From a virus (taxonomy: Duplodnaviria > Caudoviricetes), in IMG/VR virus record IMGVR_UViG_2029527003_000023, positions 1-52,353 of that record: DNA of 52,353 bases. One strand, 5' to 3'. Positions 28,372-39,494 of the stretch are shown here, piece by piece. The notes under the pieces were generated by a model. That model did not search any database and was not told the DNA's origin. It was given only the letters and a program-made list of their open reading frames with translations. The first letter of the stretch is position 1, and each line of letters begins with the position of its first letter. A program made the position numbers and the translations under genes.

Positions 28372-28842
28372 ATGGGCGCCGTGGTTTTCAACATCAAGGC
28401 ATTTCGGGCGCTTTACCCGGCGTTTGCAACGGGATGCGGATCGGCGCCAAGTGATGACCTGCTCGAGGCGCTGTTCAATCAGGCCTCGACCCTCTACCTC
28501 GATAATACCGATGAAAGCAAAGTGCAAGATCTGAAAGAGCGCGAGCAGTTATTTTTCCTGCTTGTTGCTCATCTCTGTGCGTTGCGCGGATTTGGTTCAG
28601 GACAGTCGGGCGGTCAGGGAAGCGGCCTTGTTGGCCGCATTACCAGTGCCTCAGAGGGATCGGTTTCTGTATCGGTGGACAGCGCCGGCAGTAACGATCA
28701 GTCATGGTGGTATCTGCAGACTCCCTATGGCGCGGATTATTGGCAAGCGACCGCGCCCTACAGGACGATGGTTTATCACCCGGGCTCATCGCCATCGCGC
28801 TATCCAGATCACTACTATCGGCCGGTCAGGCGGGGGCGCTAA
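28372..28842 (+). CDS. Head-tail adaptor (DUF4054-like)
   Basis: [28 protein letters not shown] and QTPYGADYW. Confidence 0.78.
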   Translation: MGAVVFNIKAFRALYPAFATGCGSAPSDDLLEALFNQASTLYLDNTDESKVQDLKEREQLFFLLVAHLCALRGFGSGQSGGQGSGLVGRITSASEGSVSVSVDSAGSNDQSWWYLQTPYGADYWQATAPYRTMVYHPGSSPSRYPDHYYRPVRRGR

Positions 28843-29322
28843 ATGGGTGCCAGTGTTCGCGGCGGTGCCGCGTTTAAAGCGCGCCTGGCGCAAATTGCCG
28901 ACGGCCTGTCTTCGGGCAAGAGCCTCAAGGTGGGTTTTTTGGCCGATGCGACCTATGAAGACGGGACCCCGGTTGCGCTGGTGGCCGCCGCGAACGAGTT
29001 CGGAAAAATGGTGATGACCAAGGCCGGGGAGTCCTATTTTCAGCTGCCGCGGCCTTTTTTCCGCAACATGATTTCAGCCAACAGTGCGCAGTGGCCCGGT
29101 GAGTTTTCGCAGCTTATCCGTTCATCAAATTATGACGCGCGGTTAGCGCTTGGATTGATGGGGGAGCGGATAAAAAGCCAGCTGCAGGACTCTATCCGGG
29201 AGCTCAACTCTCCGCCGTTGGCGGAATCGACCATTAAGCGCAAAGGGTTCGATAAGCCGCTGGTCGACACTGGCCACATGCAGAACAGCGTCGACTATGC
29301 CGTTGATGGAGGTGATGAGTGA
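28843..29322 (+). CDS. Neck/tail completion protein
   Basis: NEFG, PRPFFR and KGFDKPLVDTG motifs. Confidence 0.72.
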   Translation: MGASVRGGAAFKARLAQIADGLSSGKSLKVGFLADATYEDGTPVALVAAANEFGKMVMTKAGESYFQLPRPFFRNMISANSAQWPGEFSQLIRSSNYDARLALGLMGERIKSQLQDSIRELNSPPLAESTIKRKGFDKPLVDTGHMQNSVDYAVDGGDE

Positions 29323-29684
29323 ATTTGCACGGTATTGTTTCGCGCGCCGTCGGCGCGGTTAATCCCTTCGTTGAGGCGCAGATTTATCGATCGCTCGGTG
29401 CCGAAAAACGTGAGGATTATTCCCGGGCGCCGGCCTATGACGCGCCCATTCCAATGATGGTACAAAAACAGGCTGTTACCCAGGGCGATATCCGCCACCT
29501 GGACAACCTGAATATTCAGGGGGTGTTCACGTCCATCTATACGAACGGGAACTGGTGCGGTGTGAGCCGACCGAAGCAGGTCGGCGGTGACAAATTCGTC
29601 ATCGCGGGCGAAACGTGGCTTGTGGTGGCGGTGCCGGAGAACTGGCCGGATTGGACGAGGGTTGTTGCATGTCTGCAAACGTAA
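29319..29684 (+). CDS. Head closure-type virion protein
   Basis: Position in the neck operon with GTGA overlap. Confidence 0.62.
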   Translation: MNLHGIVSRAVGAVNPFVEAQIYRSLGAEKREDYSRAPAYDAPIPMMVQKQAVTQGDIRHLDNLNIQGVFTSIYTNGNWCGVSRPKQVGGDKFVIAGETWLVVAVPENWPDWTRVVACLQT

Positions 29685-30220
29685 CGCTCTCGATCACTGA
29701 AAGCGATCTCTATAAAGCCCTTGGCGATTTTCTCCAGGGGCTTTTTGTTGATGCGCAGATCGAGCGCACCCAGCAAAACGGGGTGCCGATGCCACAGGGC
29801 GAATTTATCGCGATGACTTCGCTGAATTCCGCCGGGTTGTCTACGGCAGTGGTGAAGTACTCCCCGCTACTGGAGGCCGGACTGGGTATTCAACACATCA
29901 CGCGGACAACGCGCTGGGAGTGTCAGCTTGATTTCTATGGTGACAGCGCGGAGCGAAATTCCCTGATGTTCGCCACGCTGATCCGCTCGGAGTTTGGCAC
30001 CTCCGCTTTTCGCTGCTCCGGGGGCGTCTTAACGCCGCTCTACTGTAGCGATCCCCGTCAGACCACGATGATTAACGGCGAGTGGCAATACGAACCGCGC
30101 TGGACGCTGGAATTCATCGCGCAAATCAAACCGGTGGTCAGTGCGCCTCTGGCGTTCTTCGACAACGTGACCATCAAAACGACCACAACGGAGTCCATCG
30201 ATGGCAATTCCAATCAGTAA
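29669..30220 (+). CDS. Tail terminator-like protein
   Basis: QLDFYG and PLYCSDP motifs; immediately before the sheath gene. Confidence 0.65.
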   Translation: MSANVTLSITESDLYKALGDFLQGLFVDAQIERTQQNGVPMPQGEFIAMTSLNSAGLSTAVVKYSPLLEAGLGIQHITRTTRWECQLDFYGDSAERNSLMFATLIRSEFGTSAFRCSGGVLTPLYCSDPRQTTMINGEWQYEPRWTLEFIAQIKPVVSAPLAFFDNVTIKTTTTESIDGNSNQ

Positions 30221-31685
30221 AGACGTAAAAATCAAACCGGGCGTGCTATCCGCCGTGGGTAATGCGGTCGACCTCAACGGCCTGCTTTTAACCGACAGCC
30301 CTTACGTACCGATCGGCGACGTCCCTTCGTTTTCGTCACCCTCGAGCGTGGCCGATTATTTCGGTGGTGACTCTGACGAATACGTTATGGCATCCATGTA
30401 TTTTCAGGGCTACAACAACGCGACAAAATCTCCGGGGGCGTTGCTGTTCGCCCGATTCAACCGCGCGCCGGCGGCCGCATGGTTGCGCAGCGGATCGTTC
30501 AAAGGGGTGACGGTCGAGGAGCTGAAAAAAATCTCCGGTACGCTCACGATCAGCATCAGCGGGAAGAATGCCAGTGCGGAAGTCAATTTCAGCGCGGTAA
30601 CCAGTTTTGCGGAGGCGGCCGCCGCGTTGCAAACCTCATTAACGGCCGCCGTGGCGACGGTGGTATATGACACCACGCACAATGCCTTCATCATCACTGC
30701 TGCAGGCGCCAAGCCGGAAGCGACGACTATCGCGTATGCGACCGGCACCGCAGCGGCACCCGTGAAGATGACCAGCGATCTCGGCGCCAAGATCTCCCAG
30801 GGGGCGCCGGCGGCAGTGGTTCCCGCGCTGTTCACGGCAATCATCGCCAAGTCGCAGCAGTGGGCTTCATTCTCGACCGTTTTCGAGTGCAAGGATGATG
30901 AACACCTGGCGTTGTCCGCATGGGCCAGCGCGCAGGAGGAGCGCTTTTTCTATGTGGCCTGGACCACCAACGAAAAAGCCCGAATTACGGGCAATCAGGA
31001 TCACATCGCGTACAAGATCATCACCGTGAATAATTACGGGAGTGTCGTGCCGGTGTTCTGCACTGACGTCAAAAAACCTGCATCCGTATTGGGATATGCC
31101 GCTGCGCTGGACTTTACCCGCACAGAAGGGCGCGTGCCGTTCAAATTCCGCGAATACAACGGGCTGGCGGCCGATGTGACCAGCGGGGATGAGTACGACG
31201 TGCTGATCGCCAATGGCTATAACTTCTACGGCAAGTACGCCGCCAATAACATCGTCGAGGATTATTGGGCAGATGGCTCGATCACCGGCGATTTCAAATG
31301 GCTGGACAGCTTCGCCGGGCAAATTTGGCTGAACGCCAACCTGCAGGGCGCGGTGCTGGCGCTGTTCAAATCCAACAAGACGATCCCCTACAACAACGCC
31401 GGGCGCGCGCTGGTTGCAACCTCGATGACCGATGTGATCGAGCAGTTTAAAGCATGGGGCGGTATTCGTGCCGGGGTGACGCTGTCCGCGGCGCAAAAAC
31501 TGGAGATCAGCAACGCAGTAGGGGAAGACGTGTCGGCGACAATTTTCGCGACGGGGTACTACCTCTATGTCGGTGAAATGCTGCCGGCCATTCGTCCTGC
31601 TCGCACCAGCCCGAACTGCGCGTTGTGGTACAGCGACGGCGGCAGCATCCAGAAATTGAATATTGCATCGACGGAGGTTCAATAA
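30201..31685 (+). CDS. Tail sheath protein (DUF3383-like)
   Basis: 494 aa; [15 protein letters not shown] and WYSDGGSIQ motifs. Confidence 0.85.
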   Translation: MAIPISKDVKIKPGVLSAVGNAVDLNGLLLTDSPYVPIGDVPSFSSPSSVADYFGGDSDEYVMASMYFQGYNNATKSPGALLFARFNRAPAAAWLRSGSFKGVTVEELKKISGTLTISISGKNASAEVNFSAVTSFAEAAAALQTSLTAAVATVVYDTTHNAFIITAAGAKPEATTIAYATGTAAAPVKMTSDLGAKISQGAPAAVVPALFTAIIAKSQQWASFSTVFECKDDEHLALSAWASAQEERFFYVAWTTNEKARITGNQDHIAYKIITVNNYGSVVPVFCTDVKKPASVLGYAAALDFTRTEGRVPFKFREYNGLAADVTSGDEYDVLIANGYNFYGKYAANNIVEDYWADGSITGDFKWLDSFAGQIWLNANLQGAVLALFKSNKTIPYNNAGRALVATSMTDVIEQFKAWGGIRAGVTLSAAQKLEISNAVGEDVSATIFATGYYLYVGEMLPAIRPARTSPNCALWYSDGGSIQKLNIASTEVQ

Positions 31686-32122
31686 TGTCCAACACCATCA
31701 CTTCTGCCGACGCCATCATTACGCTGTCGGTAATGAACCTGTACCCGTCAGGCGTGCAGCTGCAGGGCTTCGCTGCGGATAACATCTACGGTACCGACGC
31801 GTTGAGCCTGGCGGAAACGGTGCGCGGCGCCGACGGCAAGTTATCCGCAGGCTTCATTTACGGCAACATCAACCAGACAATCTACATTATGCCGGATTCG
31901 GAAAGCCGGGACGTGTTCGATACCTGGGCGACCACATCGCGCGCCAGCGTGGCGGTGTTCCGCTGCAATGCAACGGTTATCCTGCCGGCGCTCAAGCGCA
32001 AATATAAATGCGTGAACGGCGTGCTGAAGCAGTGGAAGGCGCTACCGGATGCCGGCCGCATTCTGCAGGCCAGCCAGGCGATCATCGAATGGGAATCCAT
32101 CACTCCGGAGGCGTTTAACTGA
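31685..32122 (+). CDS. Tail tube protein
   Basis: NTITSADA...GADGKLSAG; follows the sheath gene. Confidence 0.75.
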   Translation: MSNTITSADAIITLSVMNLYPSGVQLQGFAADNIYGTDALSLAETVRGADGKLSAGFIYGNINQTIYIMPDSESRDVFDTWATTSRASVAVFRCNATVILPALKRKYKCVNGVLKQWKALPDAGRILQASQAIIEWESITPEAFN

Positions 32123-32526
32123 TGGCACGTAAAGAGACGTTTATCACTATCGACGCCGCCGGGCGCGATCAGGGCAAGGTTTTCTACATCAAGGAAATGT
32201 CGGCGTCACAGGCTGAATGGTGGGCTTTGCGTGCGCTGATGGCGATGGGGCGCGGCGGCGTCGAGGTCCCCGAAAATTTACGCAGCATGGGGATCGCGGC
32301 GATGGCTGTTGAGGGCTTAAAGGCGATTTCGAAGATCCCCCCGGATGAGGCCAAGCCGCTGCTTGATGAGTTGATGACCTGTGTTCAGGCCGTGCCGAAT
32401 CCAGCGGATAAAACCGTGGTCCGCCCCTTGATTGAAGCCGATATCGATGAAGTGGCCACACGCCTTAACCTGCGCGCGGAGGTGTTCAAACTGCACGTGG
32501 ATTTTTTCGCTACCGCCGGCCGCTAG
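32122..32526 (+). CDS. Tail assembly chaperone (G-like)
   Basis: Between tube and tape measure; ends just after a slippery T-TTT-TTC. Confidence 0.78.
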   Translation: MARKETFITIDAAGRDQGKVFYIKEMSASQAEWWALRALMAMGRGGVEVPENLRSMGIAAMAVEGLKAISKIPPDEAKPLLDELMTCVQAVPNPADKTVVRPLIEADIDEVATRLNLRAEVFKLHVDFFATAGR

Positions 32527-32735
32527 ATATCCCGCCTCGTTTTGCCAATCCTGACAGGCCGTTTGGGCTTGTCGATTACACCAACGTCCCGCACACCATC
32601 GCTACCGTGATTTCCGCCGGCAAAGCCTCCAAGGCTGAGCTGGATGCGGTGCTTGGTGTGCAGGACCTGTGGGATTTGTTGGAAATCATCCAGGTGGACG
32701 CCCATAACGCACGCGTAATGCAGGAGGGGAAATAG
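32502..32735 (+). other. Predicted -1 programmed frameshift and GT-like extension
   Basis: Heptamer T TTT TTC at 32502-32508; the -1 frame stays open to TAG at 32733-32735, which abuts the tape measure start. Confidence 0.75.
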
Positions 32736-34669
32736 TGGCAATGGTACTTGACGAGCTCGTCCTCGCCCTGGGTATTGACGACAAAAACTTCAGCGCTGGC
32801 GAGCAGGCGGTAGTGGCCGGGCTTGACCGCCTGACAGCGGTCATGGAGAACGTTGCGCAGGCGTTCGACACCGGCGAGAAGAAAAGCAGCGAGGCGCTGG
32901 ATAAAACCGGGAAAAAAGCCGACAAAACAGCCAAAGACATGGAAGCCAGCGGCAAAAAAGCGGCGTCGTTCTTTTCCAGTATTCGCACCCAGGTGCTGGC
33001 GCTGGCCGGCGTCACGTTGTCGCTGGGCGGCCTCAAAAGCTTTGTTACCGGATTCACCAGTTATCTGAACCAATTGGCGACGGCGGCCGATGCCTTTGGA
33101 ATGTCGGCCAAATCGCTGGATGGCTGGACCAAGGCGGGCGAGGCGTTCGGTGTCAGTGCCAACGAGATCGTGGGCGCGTTCTCTCGCATCAACGATGCAA
33201 AGGCACGCTTAAAATCTGGCCTTGGGCTGGATCCTCAACTTCAAAGTCTGCTGCTGGCCGCTAACCAGGCGGGCGCTAATATCGATCTGGGCCGGGATGG
33301 GACTGAAGATATTGTCCGCAAATTGGCAGCCGCGTTTCCAAACCTGAATAAGGATCAGCAGCAGGCCTATGGCAGTGAGCTGGGGTATGGCTACGCCGCG
33401 CAGCAATGGTTCGGCTCTGGCCATGCGTTGCGCGATGTTGACCGATTTACAGCGCGCTCAGGCGTTGACGATCAGTCAATCGCGGCGGCGCGAAAGTTTC
33501 GCCAGCAGTGGGCAGAGATCAGCCAGGCCTTTGAGAAAACGGGATACATCCTCTTTAACGCGCTGCTGCCTTACATCAAACAGTTCAACGCGTGGCTGAA
33601 CGATCTGGCGAGCTGGATGGCACAGCACCCGGATGAAATCAAAGCCGCAGTGCAGGGCGTGTTCGATGTTCTGTCGAGCATTGTCGGTATCGCCGGTGAA
33701 GCCGCCAATGCGGTAGGAGGCTGGCAGAACGCCATTCTGCTGCTGGTTAGCGCATCGGTGGGTGGCAAGCTGCTTTCCCTGTTTAAAGGGCTCAGCGGGG
33801 CGCTGATGGGGCCTGCCGGCCTTATTGCAGCTCTGGTGGCGCTTGAGGAGTTTGTCATTAAACCCCTCGAGGAAAAATACCCTGCGCTGAAAAATAACCC
33901 CGTTGCGGATGCCCTGAACAATCTGCCATTCAGTGACAAGGTAGAGGGGTGGGGAAAATCCGCTCACGATTGGGTTAAGGATACATTCGGGATCAATCTT
34001 CCGCGTGGTGATGGTTACGGGCAAGACCAGGCTCCGACGCAGTTTGCTCAATCTGTACGCCGGCCACAGCCAACAAAGGCCGGTGAGGAAATGCTGGCGT
34101 GGCTGCAGCCGAAACTCAGCAAGCTGGAGGAAACGTTCGGGCTCCCTGCCGGGCTGCTGCGCAGCATGGTGATCACGGAGTCTGGCGGCGATACTCAGGC
34201 CGTATCGAAAGCTGGCGCCAAAGGGCCATTTCAGTTCATGCCCGGCACGGCGAAGGACTTCGGACTGGTCGGCGATGACGTTTTTGATCCGGAGAAATCA
34301 GCCCATGCTGCAGCGCGCTACATGTCGCAGCTGCTGAAAATGTTCGATGGTGATCTGGGTAAGGCGCTGGCGGCGTATAACTGGGGCCAGGGTAATGTTG
34401 AGCGCAAAGGGCTCGGCGCGGCCCCGCAGGAAACGCGGGAATACGTGCCGAAGGTGTTATCCAACTTGCCGCAGCCGGGCGCAGGCATGGCGGCGCAGGC
34501 GCGCCAGCCGGTCGGCGGTTCGCAATCCACGATCACCGAAACAACCCATATCGGCACTCTGCAGGTGAATTCGCCGGCGGACAGCACGAAAGGGATCATT
34601 GACGACGCAAGGCAAAAAATTAATCGCTCCAGCCTTGTGGGCGCGTATGCATCGGGAGTATCGACATGA
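32735..34669 (+). CDS. Tape measure protein with C-terminal lytic transglycosylase (SLT) domain
   Basis: Ala-rich helical body; ESGG, GAKGPFQFMPGTA, ALAAYNWG and ETREYV SLT motifs. Confidence 0.9.
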   Translation: MAMVLDELVLALGIDDKNFSAGEQAVVAGLDRLTAVMENVAQAFDTGEKKSSEALDKTGKKADKTAKDMEASGKKAASFFSSIRTQVLALAGVTLSLGGLKSFVTGFTSYLNQLATAADAFGMSAKSLDGWTKAGEAFGVSANEIVGAFSRINDAKARLKSGLGLDPQLQSLLLAANQAGANIDLGRDGTEDIVRKLAAAFPNLNKDQQQAYGSELGYGYAAQQWFGSGHALRDVDRFTARSGVDDQSIAAARKFRQQWAEISQAFEKTGYILFNALLPYIKQFNAWLNDLASWMAQHPDEIKAAVQGVFDVLSSIVGIAGEAANAVGGWQNAILLLVSASVGGKLLSLFKGLSGALMGPAGLIAALVALEEFVIKPLEEKYPALKNNPVADALNNLPFSDKVEGWGKSAHDWVKDTFGINLPRGDGYGQDQAPTQFAQSVRRPQPTKAGEEMLAWLQPKLSKLEETFGLPAGLLRSMVITESGGDTQAVSKAGAKGPFQFMPGTAKDFGLVGDDVFDPEKSAHAAARYMSQLLKMFDGDLGKALAAYNWGQGNVERKGLGAAPQETREYVPKVLSNLPQPGAGMAAQARQPVGGSQSTITETTHIGTLQVNSPADSTKGIIDDARQKINRSSLVGAYASGVST

Positions 34670-35472
34670 GGTTTTCCCTGAATCAGGCCACTGTACTGAA
34701 TGCTGTGCGGGGCGGTGGCCTGCTGTCTGTCGTTAACAGCGTGTTGGCACCGGGATACGGAGTTTATTATGCCTCCGGCGCCAGTGTCGGCACGAAGCCC
34801 TTTTCGCCAACGTCATTTGTCGTTATCGAAGTGGGGGGCGAAGCGTCGATCACTACTGTACCGATCGAGCGAGGTGGTTACACGTCGTTCAACAAGGTGC
34901 AGCGGCCGGCAGAATTACACATTACGTTTACCGTGGAGGGCTGGACAGGGTTTTCAGGCGGGCTTCCGAACCTGACCAATCTCACGCTGACATCCCGCTC
35001 GGACGTGCTGGCCACCCTGGAGACGATGCGAACAACGGCGGAGGTTTATGACATCGAAACCCCCGACAAAACCTATTCGTCCTATGACCTGACCAAATAC
35101 GATTATCGGATCCGAAGCGACGGCGGCCCGACGTTGCTTACGGTAACGGCGGTTTTTCAGGACGTGCAGGACGTGGCCGAGGTGACCGTCAGCAGCGAGA
35201 CATCGCAGGCCGACACTACCAATAATCAAATCACCCAGGGAGCGAGCGCCAAAACGGAGCTCGTTACCTCTTCAACGAGTGGTTCCACCCTTTCTGATGT
35301 GAAGAAAGCGATCTTCGGCGTGCAGCGCTCGGCGTCGGAATTGGTTGGGAACATTGCCGATAAGGTTTCGTCAGCGGTCGAGGATGTGACCAAACCTCTC
35401 GGAGAGGTCACCGTCAGCGCGACGCAAAAGTTGGATGCGGCGGTTAAGCAATTGGCGCGGAGTTTAACCTGA
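34666..35472 (+). CDS. Baseplate/tail-tube initiator protein
   Basis: [13 protein letters not shown] motif; follows the tape measure gene. Confidence 0.68.
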   Translation: MRFSLNQATVLNAVRGGGLLSVVNSVLAPGYGVYYASGASVGTKPFSPTSFVVIEVGGEASITTVPIERGGYTSFNKVQRPAELHITFTVEGWTGFSGGLPNLTNLTLTSRSDVLATLETMRTTAEVYDIETPDKTYSSYDLTKYDYRIRSDGGPTLLTVTAVFQDVQDVAEVTVSSETSQADTTNNQITQGASAKTELVTSSTSGSTLSDVKKAIFGVQRSASELVGNIADKVSSAVEDVTKPLGEVTVSATQKLDAAVKQLARSLT

Positions 35473-35774
35473 TGCTGGAAATTGTACTCAAGCCCCTCAA
35501 GTCTCAACGATTCACCGTCTCCCTGAATAATCAGGCCTGTGAAATTCGTCTGGCACAGCGTACCACGGGGCTATATATCGATCTGACCGTTAACGGCACT
35601 CCCTGCCTGCAGGGGGTGTTGTGCCTGAACGGCAACAAGATCGTGCGTTACGGCTATCTGCCATTCGCCGGCGAATTATTTTTCGCTGACCTGGCGGGAA
35701 ACGCGGATCCTGAATGGTCCGGCCTGGGTGAGCGTTTCAAACTTTACTACCTTGCGCCGGAGGAAATGCCGTGA
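35472..35774 (+). CDS. Small baseplate protein
   Basis: 100 aa; [16 protein letters not shown]-terminus; baseplate operon position. Confidence 0.62.
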   Translation: MLEIVLKPLKSQRFTVSLNNQACEIRLAQRTTGLYIDLTVNGTPCLQGVLCLNGNKIVRYGYLPFAGELFFADLAGNADPEWSGLGERFKLYYLAPEEMP

Positions 35775-36616
35775 GCTATCAACAACGGGATATCAGGGTG
35801 GAGTTTACCCTGGCAGAGGGGCGAACGTTTGACGATCGGGGTAACGTGCTTACCGTCAAGAATGCGCGCTGCTATATAAGCCTGGCGGCGTATGGCGGGA
35901 TTGCCGGCACGCAAATTACCCTTTATCTGTGGGGGCTCGTGGCCCAGCAGATGGCGGCGCTGAGCTACAAAGGGATTTGGATAGATGGGGCCAAGCCTAA
36001 TCGGATCCGCGTATGGGCTGCTGACCGTCTGATTTTCGAAGGGTTTATCAGCGATGCATATGCGGATTACAACCAGGCTCCGGATGTGCCGCTGATTATT
36101 ACGGCGAACATGATGTTTTATCTGCGGGCGAAAAAGGTGTCGCCATTCAGCGCGAAAGGCCCCGTCTCGATCGATGACATTTTGATGCCAATGGCATCAT
36201 CAGTGGGGCTGAAATATGAGAATCAGGGCGTTAAACGCACGCTGCCCGATCCGTATTTCCAGGGAGATATCACGCAGCAGATGATCGAGGCGGCACGGGC
36301 TGTTGATGCCGAAATCGATATCAACGTGGAGAAGGTGACGATCTGGCCAAAGGGAGTATCCCGAAAAGAGTCGGCATTGCTCGTTTCTCCCGACCACGGA
36401 TTAATCGGGTATCCCATTTTTACCAATGTTGGGCTGAGCATTTCGTGTCTGTTCTGTCCTGATATTTTTATTGGTCGCAAATTGTCGTTGGTGACCTCAC
36501 TCCCGAACGCCAGCGGCCGCTATGCGGTGCTCGGTGCAATGCACACGTTAACCTCATGGATTGAGGGCGGCCAATGTTCAACATCCTGCGAATTGTTGCG
36601 GCAACCCGGGGGCTGA
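35771..36616 (+). CDS. Baseplate hub protein
   Basis: GLIGYP motif; lies before the spike gene. Confidence 0.68.
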   Translation: MSYQQRDIRVEFTLAEGRTFDDRGNVLTVKNARCYISLAAYGGIAGTQITLYLWGLVAQQMAALSYKGIWIDGAKPNRIRVWAADRLIFEGFISDAYADYNQAPDVPLIITANMMFYLRAKKVSPFSAKGPVSIDDILMPMASSVGLKYENQGVKRTLPDPYFQGDITQQMIEAARAVDAEIDINVEKVTIWPKGVSRKESALLVSPDHGLIGYPIFTNVGLSISCLFCPDIFIGRKLSLVTSLPNASGRYAVLGAMHTLTSWIEGGQCSTSCELLRQPGG

Positions 36617-36617
36617 T

Positions 36618-37295
36618 ATGGAAAATTTTCATGTAAACGGCTCCGATCTGAATGGTGATATCAACGCGCAGGACTTCGTTATGCGCCAGTTTCTGGGGCG
36701 TCATGCGTTTATCACGTTGGGTAGGGTGATCAATGCCAATGGGGAGCACGTGGACATTCGCCCTATGGTGATGGCCGTCGCTGGCGACGGCTCACCTATC
36801 CCGCATGAGGTGATTTACAACGTGCCGGTATGGCGTCTACAGGGTGGCCAAAGTGCGGTGATTATGCCACCGAAAGCCGGTGATATTGGGTTCATAGCGA
36901 TTTGCGATCGGGATATCAGCGGGGTTAAAGCCACGCGCCAGCCCGCGATGCCCGGTTCAAGGCGCACGCACAGCCTGTCAGATGCGATCTATCTGGGTGG
37001 TGTGCTGAATGGCGACCCGGTGCAATTTGTCGAGTTTGCCGATCAGCAGATCAATGTAACTTCACCCTGGAAAATTACGCTGAATGCGCCGGATGTTGAA
37101 ACCAATGCATCGAAGCGGTTTGCCGTTAACTCGCCGGAAATCGCACTGAACGGCGCGACCGAGGTGAGCCAGAAGTTTACAGCCAAAGGCAAAGCGGAAC
37201 TGTCCGCCGGCGCCACGATTAGTGGCATCGAGTTTGGTGACCACGTGCATGGTGGCGTGCAATCAGGCAGCGCGCAGACGAATAAACCGCAATAG
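36618..37295 (+). CDS. Baseplate central spike (gpV/Gp138-like)
   Basis: GDIG...CDRDIS, RTHSLSDA and C-terminal HVHGGV iron-binding motif. Confidence 0.82.
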   Translation: MENFHVNGSDLNGDINAQDFVMRQFLGRHAFITLGRVINANGEHVDIRPMVMAVAGDGSPIPHEVIYNVPVWRLQGGQSAVIMPPKAGDIGFIAICDRDISGVKATRQPAMPGSRRTHSLSDAIYLGGVLNGDPVQFVEFADQQINVTSPWKITLNAPDVETNASKRFAVNSPEIALNGATEVSQKFTAKGKAELSAGATISGIEFGDHVHGGVQSGSAQTNKPQ

Positions 37296-37300
37296 GGGGC

Positions 37301-37660
37301 ATGATGCAAACTCGCTCACTTCTTCTCGATACGAATACCTGGGATCTGATGCTGGACGACAAAGGCAACCTGGCGGTCACGGACAATCCTTATGCGGTGG
37401 CGCAGGATGTGGCGTGCGCCTGCAGCACTTTCCTTGGCGAGTGTTGGTATGACAACACGCTCGGAATTCCTTATTACCCGCGGATCCTCGGCCATTGGCC
37501 CGGCACGCAGCTGATTAACACCAAAATGCAGCAGGAGGCGATGAAACTGCCGACGGTCTCCAGCGCGCTGTGTACGGCAGTCTCTGATGGCGATCGCCGC
37601 ATTGGTGGCGTAATGACGATCACCGATACCAATTTCAACGATTACACGGTGCTGTTATGA
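37301..37660 (+). CDS. Baseplate wedge (gp25/W-like) protein
   Basis: FLGECWYDNTLGIPY motif. Confidence 0.7.
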   Translation: MMQTRSLLLDTNTWDLMLDDKGNLAVTDNPYAVAQDVACACSTFLGECWYDNTLGIPYYPRILGHWPGTQLINTKMQQEAMKLPTVSSALCTAVSDGDRRIGGVMTITDTNFNDYTVLL

Positions 37661-38904
37661 CGGATGAAAACACCAATTACACAACTGCGGTACCGGCGGT
37701 TACGTTTTCAAAAACGGGGCTGCTGGTGCCGGATGAGGTGGACATACTAAACGGCCGGTTAACCGATTTCTCCACCGCGCTGGGGAGCTCGATGGGGACC
37801 AGTCTGACAAGCCCACAGGGGCAGCTGGCGATGAGCGATTCGGCCATCATCGCCGATAAGAACGATCAGTTGCTGGCGATCGCGAACCAGGTGAACGCGG
37901 ACTACAGCAGCGGCAGGTTTCAGGATGCGATTGGCCGGGTTTATTTCCTCGACCGCATCGGTGCCACCGGCACGACAGTAACCGGGGCGTGCTCAGGGCT
38001 GGTGGATACACTGATCCCAGCTGGAAGCCTGGCACAGGATGAAGCAGGGTATCTCTACGCCAGCCTGTCCGATGCAACGATCGGCGCCGCCGGTAGCGTT
38101 GATGTGGTTTTCCAGAACCTCACGACAGGCCCGATCGGTTGCCCCATTGGTGCGCTCAGCAAGGTCTACAAAGCGATCCCTGGCTGGTCAGGTGTGACCA
38201 ACCGCGCCGCCGGGGTGCCGGGCAACAATGAGGAAAGCAGAGCCGACTTTGAGCACCGCCGACGCAATTCCGTTGCCAACAATGCCCGGAATACATTGAA
38301 CGCGATCCGCGGCGAGATCCTCGCAAAAGTTCCCAACGTAGTGGACGTATACGTTACGCATAACCCGACCCCGGTAGACAGACAAGTCGGCCCATCCAAA
38401 TATACATTGAAGAAAAATTCGTTCTACGTTGGCGTATATGGTGGAAAGGCTGAGGATATCGCGGATGCTATCTGGCGCAAGGCGCCGCCCGGTGTCGACA
38501 TGAACGGTGATTCTTCATACACGATTGCAGATACCGACGGCTATGAGCCGCCATATCCGGAGTATGTGATCACCTGGCAGGGGTTGAAGCCGGTGAGCGT
38601 GTCAGTGAGGGTTATCCTGAGAAAAAGCGAATATTTACCATCGGACATTACCGATCAGGTAAAGAGTAAAGTGATTGCGACATTCAATGGCGCTGATGGG
38701 GGCAATCGAGCGCGTGCAGCGGCTGCGCTGGCCGCCGGGCGATTCTATGCGGGCATTTACAGCATTGACCCTTCAAACATCGATATTCTCAGCCTGGCGC
38801 TGAGCAGGGATGGTAACGCCTTTTCCTCATCCCTCCAGTTTGGAATCGACGAAATTCCGACGCTGGATCCGAACAATATCAGCGTAGAGCTGCAGGAGGT
38901 CTAA
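37657..38904 (+). CDS. Baseplate J-like protein
   Basis: SPQGQLA, QDAIGRVYF and ESRADFEHRR motifs. Confidence 0.82.
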   Translation: MTDENTNYTTAVPAVTFSKTGLLVPDEVDILNGRLTDFSTALGSSMGTSLTSPQGQLAMSDSAIIADKNDQLLAIANQVNADYSSGRFQDAIGRVYFLDRIGATGTTVTGACSGLVDTLIPAGSLAQDEAGYLYASLSDATIGAAGSVDVVFQNLTTGPIGCPIGALSKVYKAIPGWSGVTNRAAGVPGNNEESRADFEHRRRNSVANNARNTLNAIRGEILAKVPNVVDVYVTHNPTPVDRQVGPSKYTLKKNSFYVGVYGGKAEDIADAIWRKAPPGVDMNGDSSYTIADTDGYEPPYPEYVITWQGLKPVSVSVRVILRKSEYLPSDITDQVKSKVIATFNGADGGNRARAAAALAAGRFYAGIYSIDPSNIDILSLALSRDGNAFSSSLQFGIDEIPTLDPNNISVELQEV

Positions 38905-38905
38905 A

Positions 38906-39493
38906 TTGCAGAATGTGGCCGCCACTGTGCTCGCACAGTACGCCGCCAGCCCCCGCCTTAACGCCCTGATCGGCAGCTTCAACGAAGCCGTTTCCCCCGA
39001 CAAGTTCGTCGATGATTTTTACGATCTGATCTGGAACATCGAAACTGCAGAGACCTATGGCCTCGATGTGTGGGGAAAAATTGTGGACGTAAGCCGGCGG
39101 CTAACGGTCGACGATGACTTTAATTACTTGGGGTTCAGTGAGGCGCGGCTGGATACGCCAACGCGGACGGATCCCCGCCCATTTGACCAGGCGCCGTTCT
39201 ATAGCGGTGAGAGCACAACGCAGACCATTGAACTTGCGGACCCGATCTATCGCCGTCTGATCATGATGAAAGCCATGAGCAATATCACCGATTGTTCAAT
39301 ACCGAATATCAATCGGATGTTGCGTTACATGTTCGGCGATCGGGGGCGCGCCTATATCCAGAACGATGGCGGAATGAAGATGAGCTATGTGTTCGAGTTT
39401 GAACTGTCGACCGCAGAGCTGGCTATCGTCCAGTCCTCCGGCGCGCTGCCGGCGCCGCCAGGTATTAACGTTTCAATAATTCAGAAGGCATAA
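38906..39493 (+). CDS. Baseplate wedge protein (DUF2612-like)
   Basis: QYAASP and GLDVWGKIV motifs; between J and the tail fibre. Confidence 0.75.
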   Translation: MQNVAATVLAQYAASPRLNALIGSFNEAVSPDKFVDDFYDLIWNIETAETYGLDVWGKIVDVSRRLTVDDDFNYLGFSEARLDTPTRTDPRPFDQAPFYSGESTTQTIELADPIYRRLIMMKAMSNITDCSIPNINRMLRYMFGDRGRAYIQNDGGMKMSYVFEFELSTAELAIVQSSGALPAPPGINVSIIQKA

Positions 39494-39494
39494 A

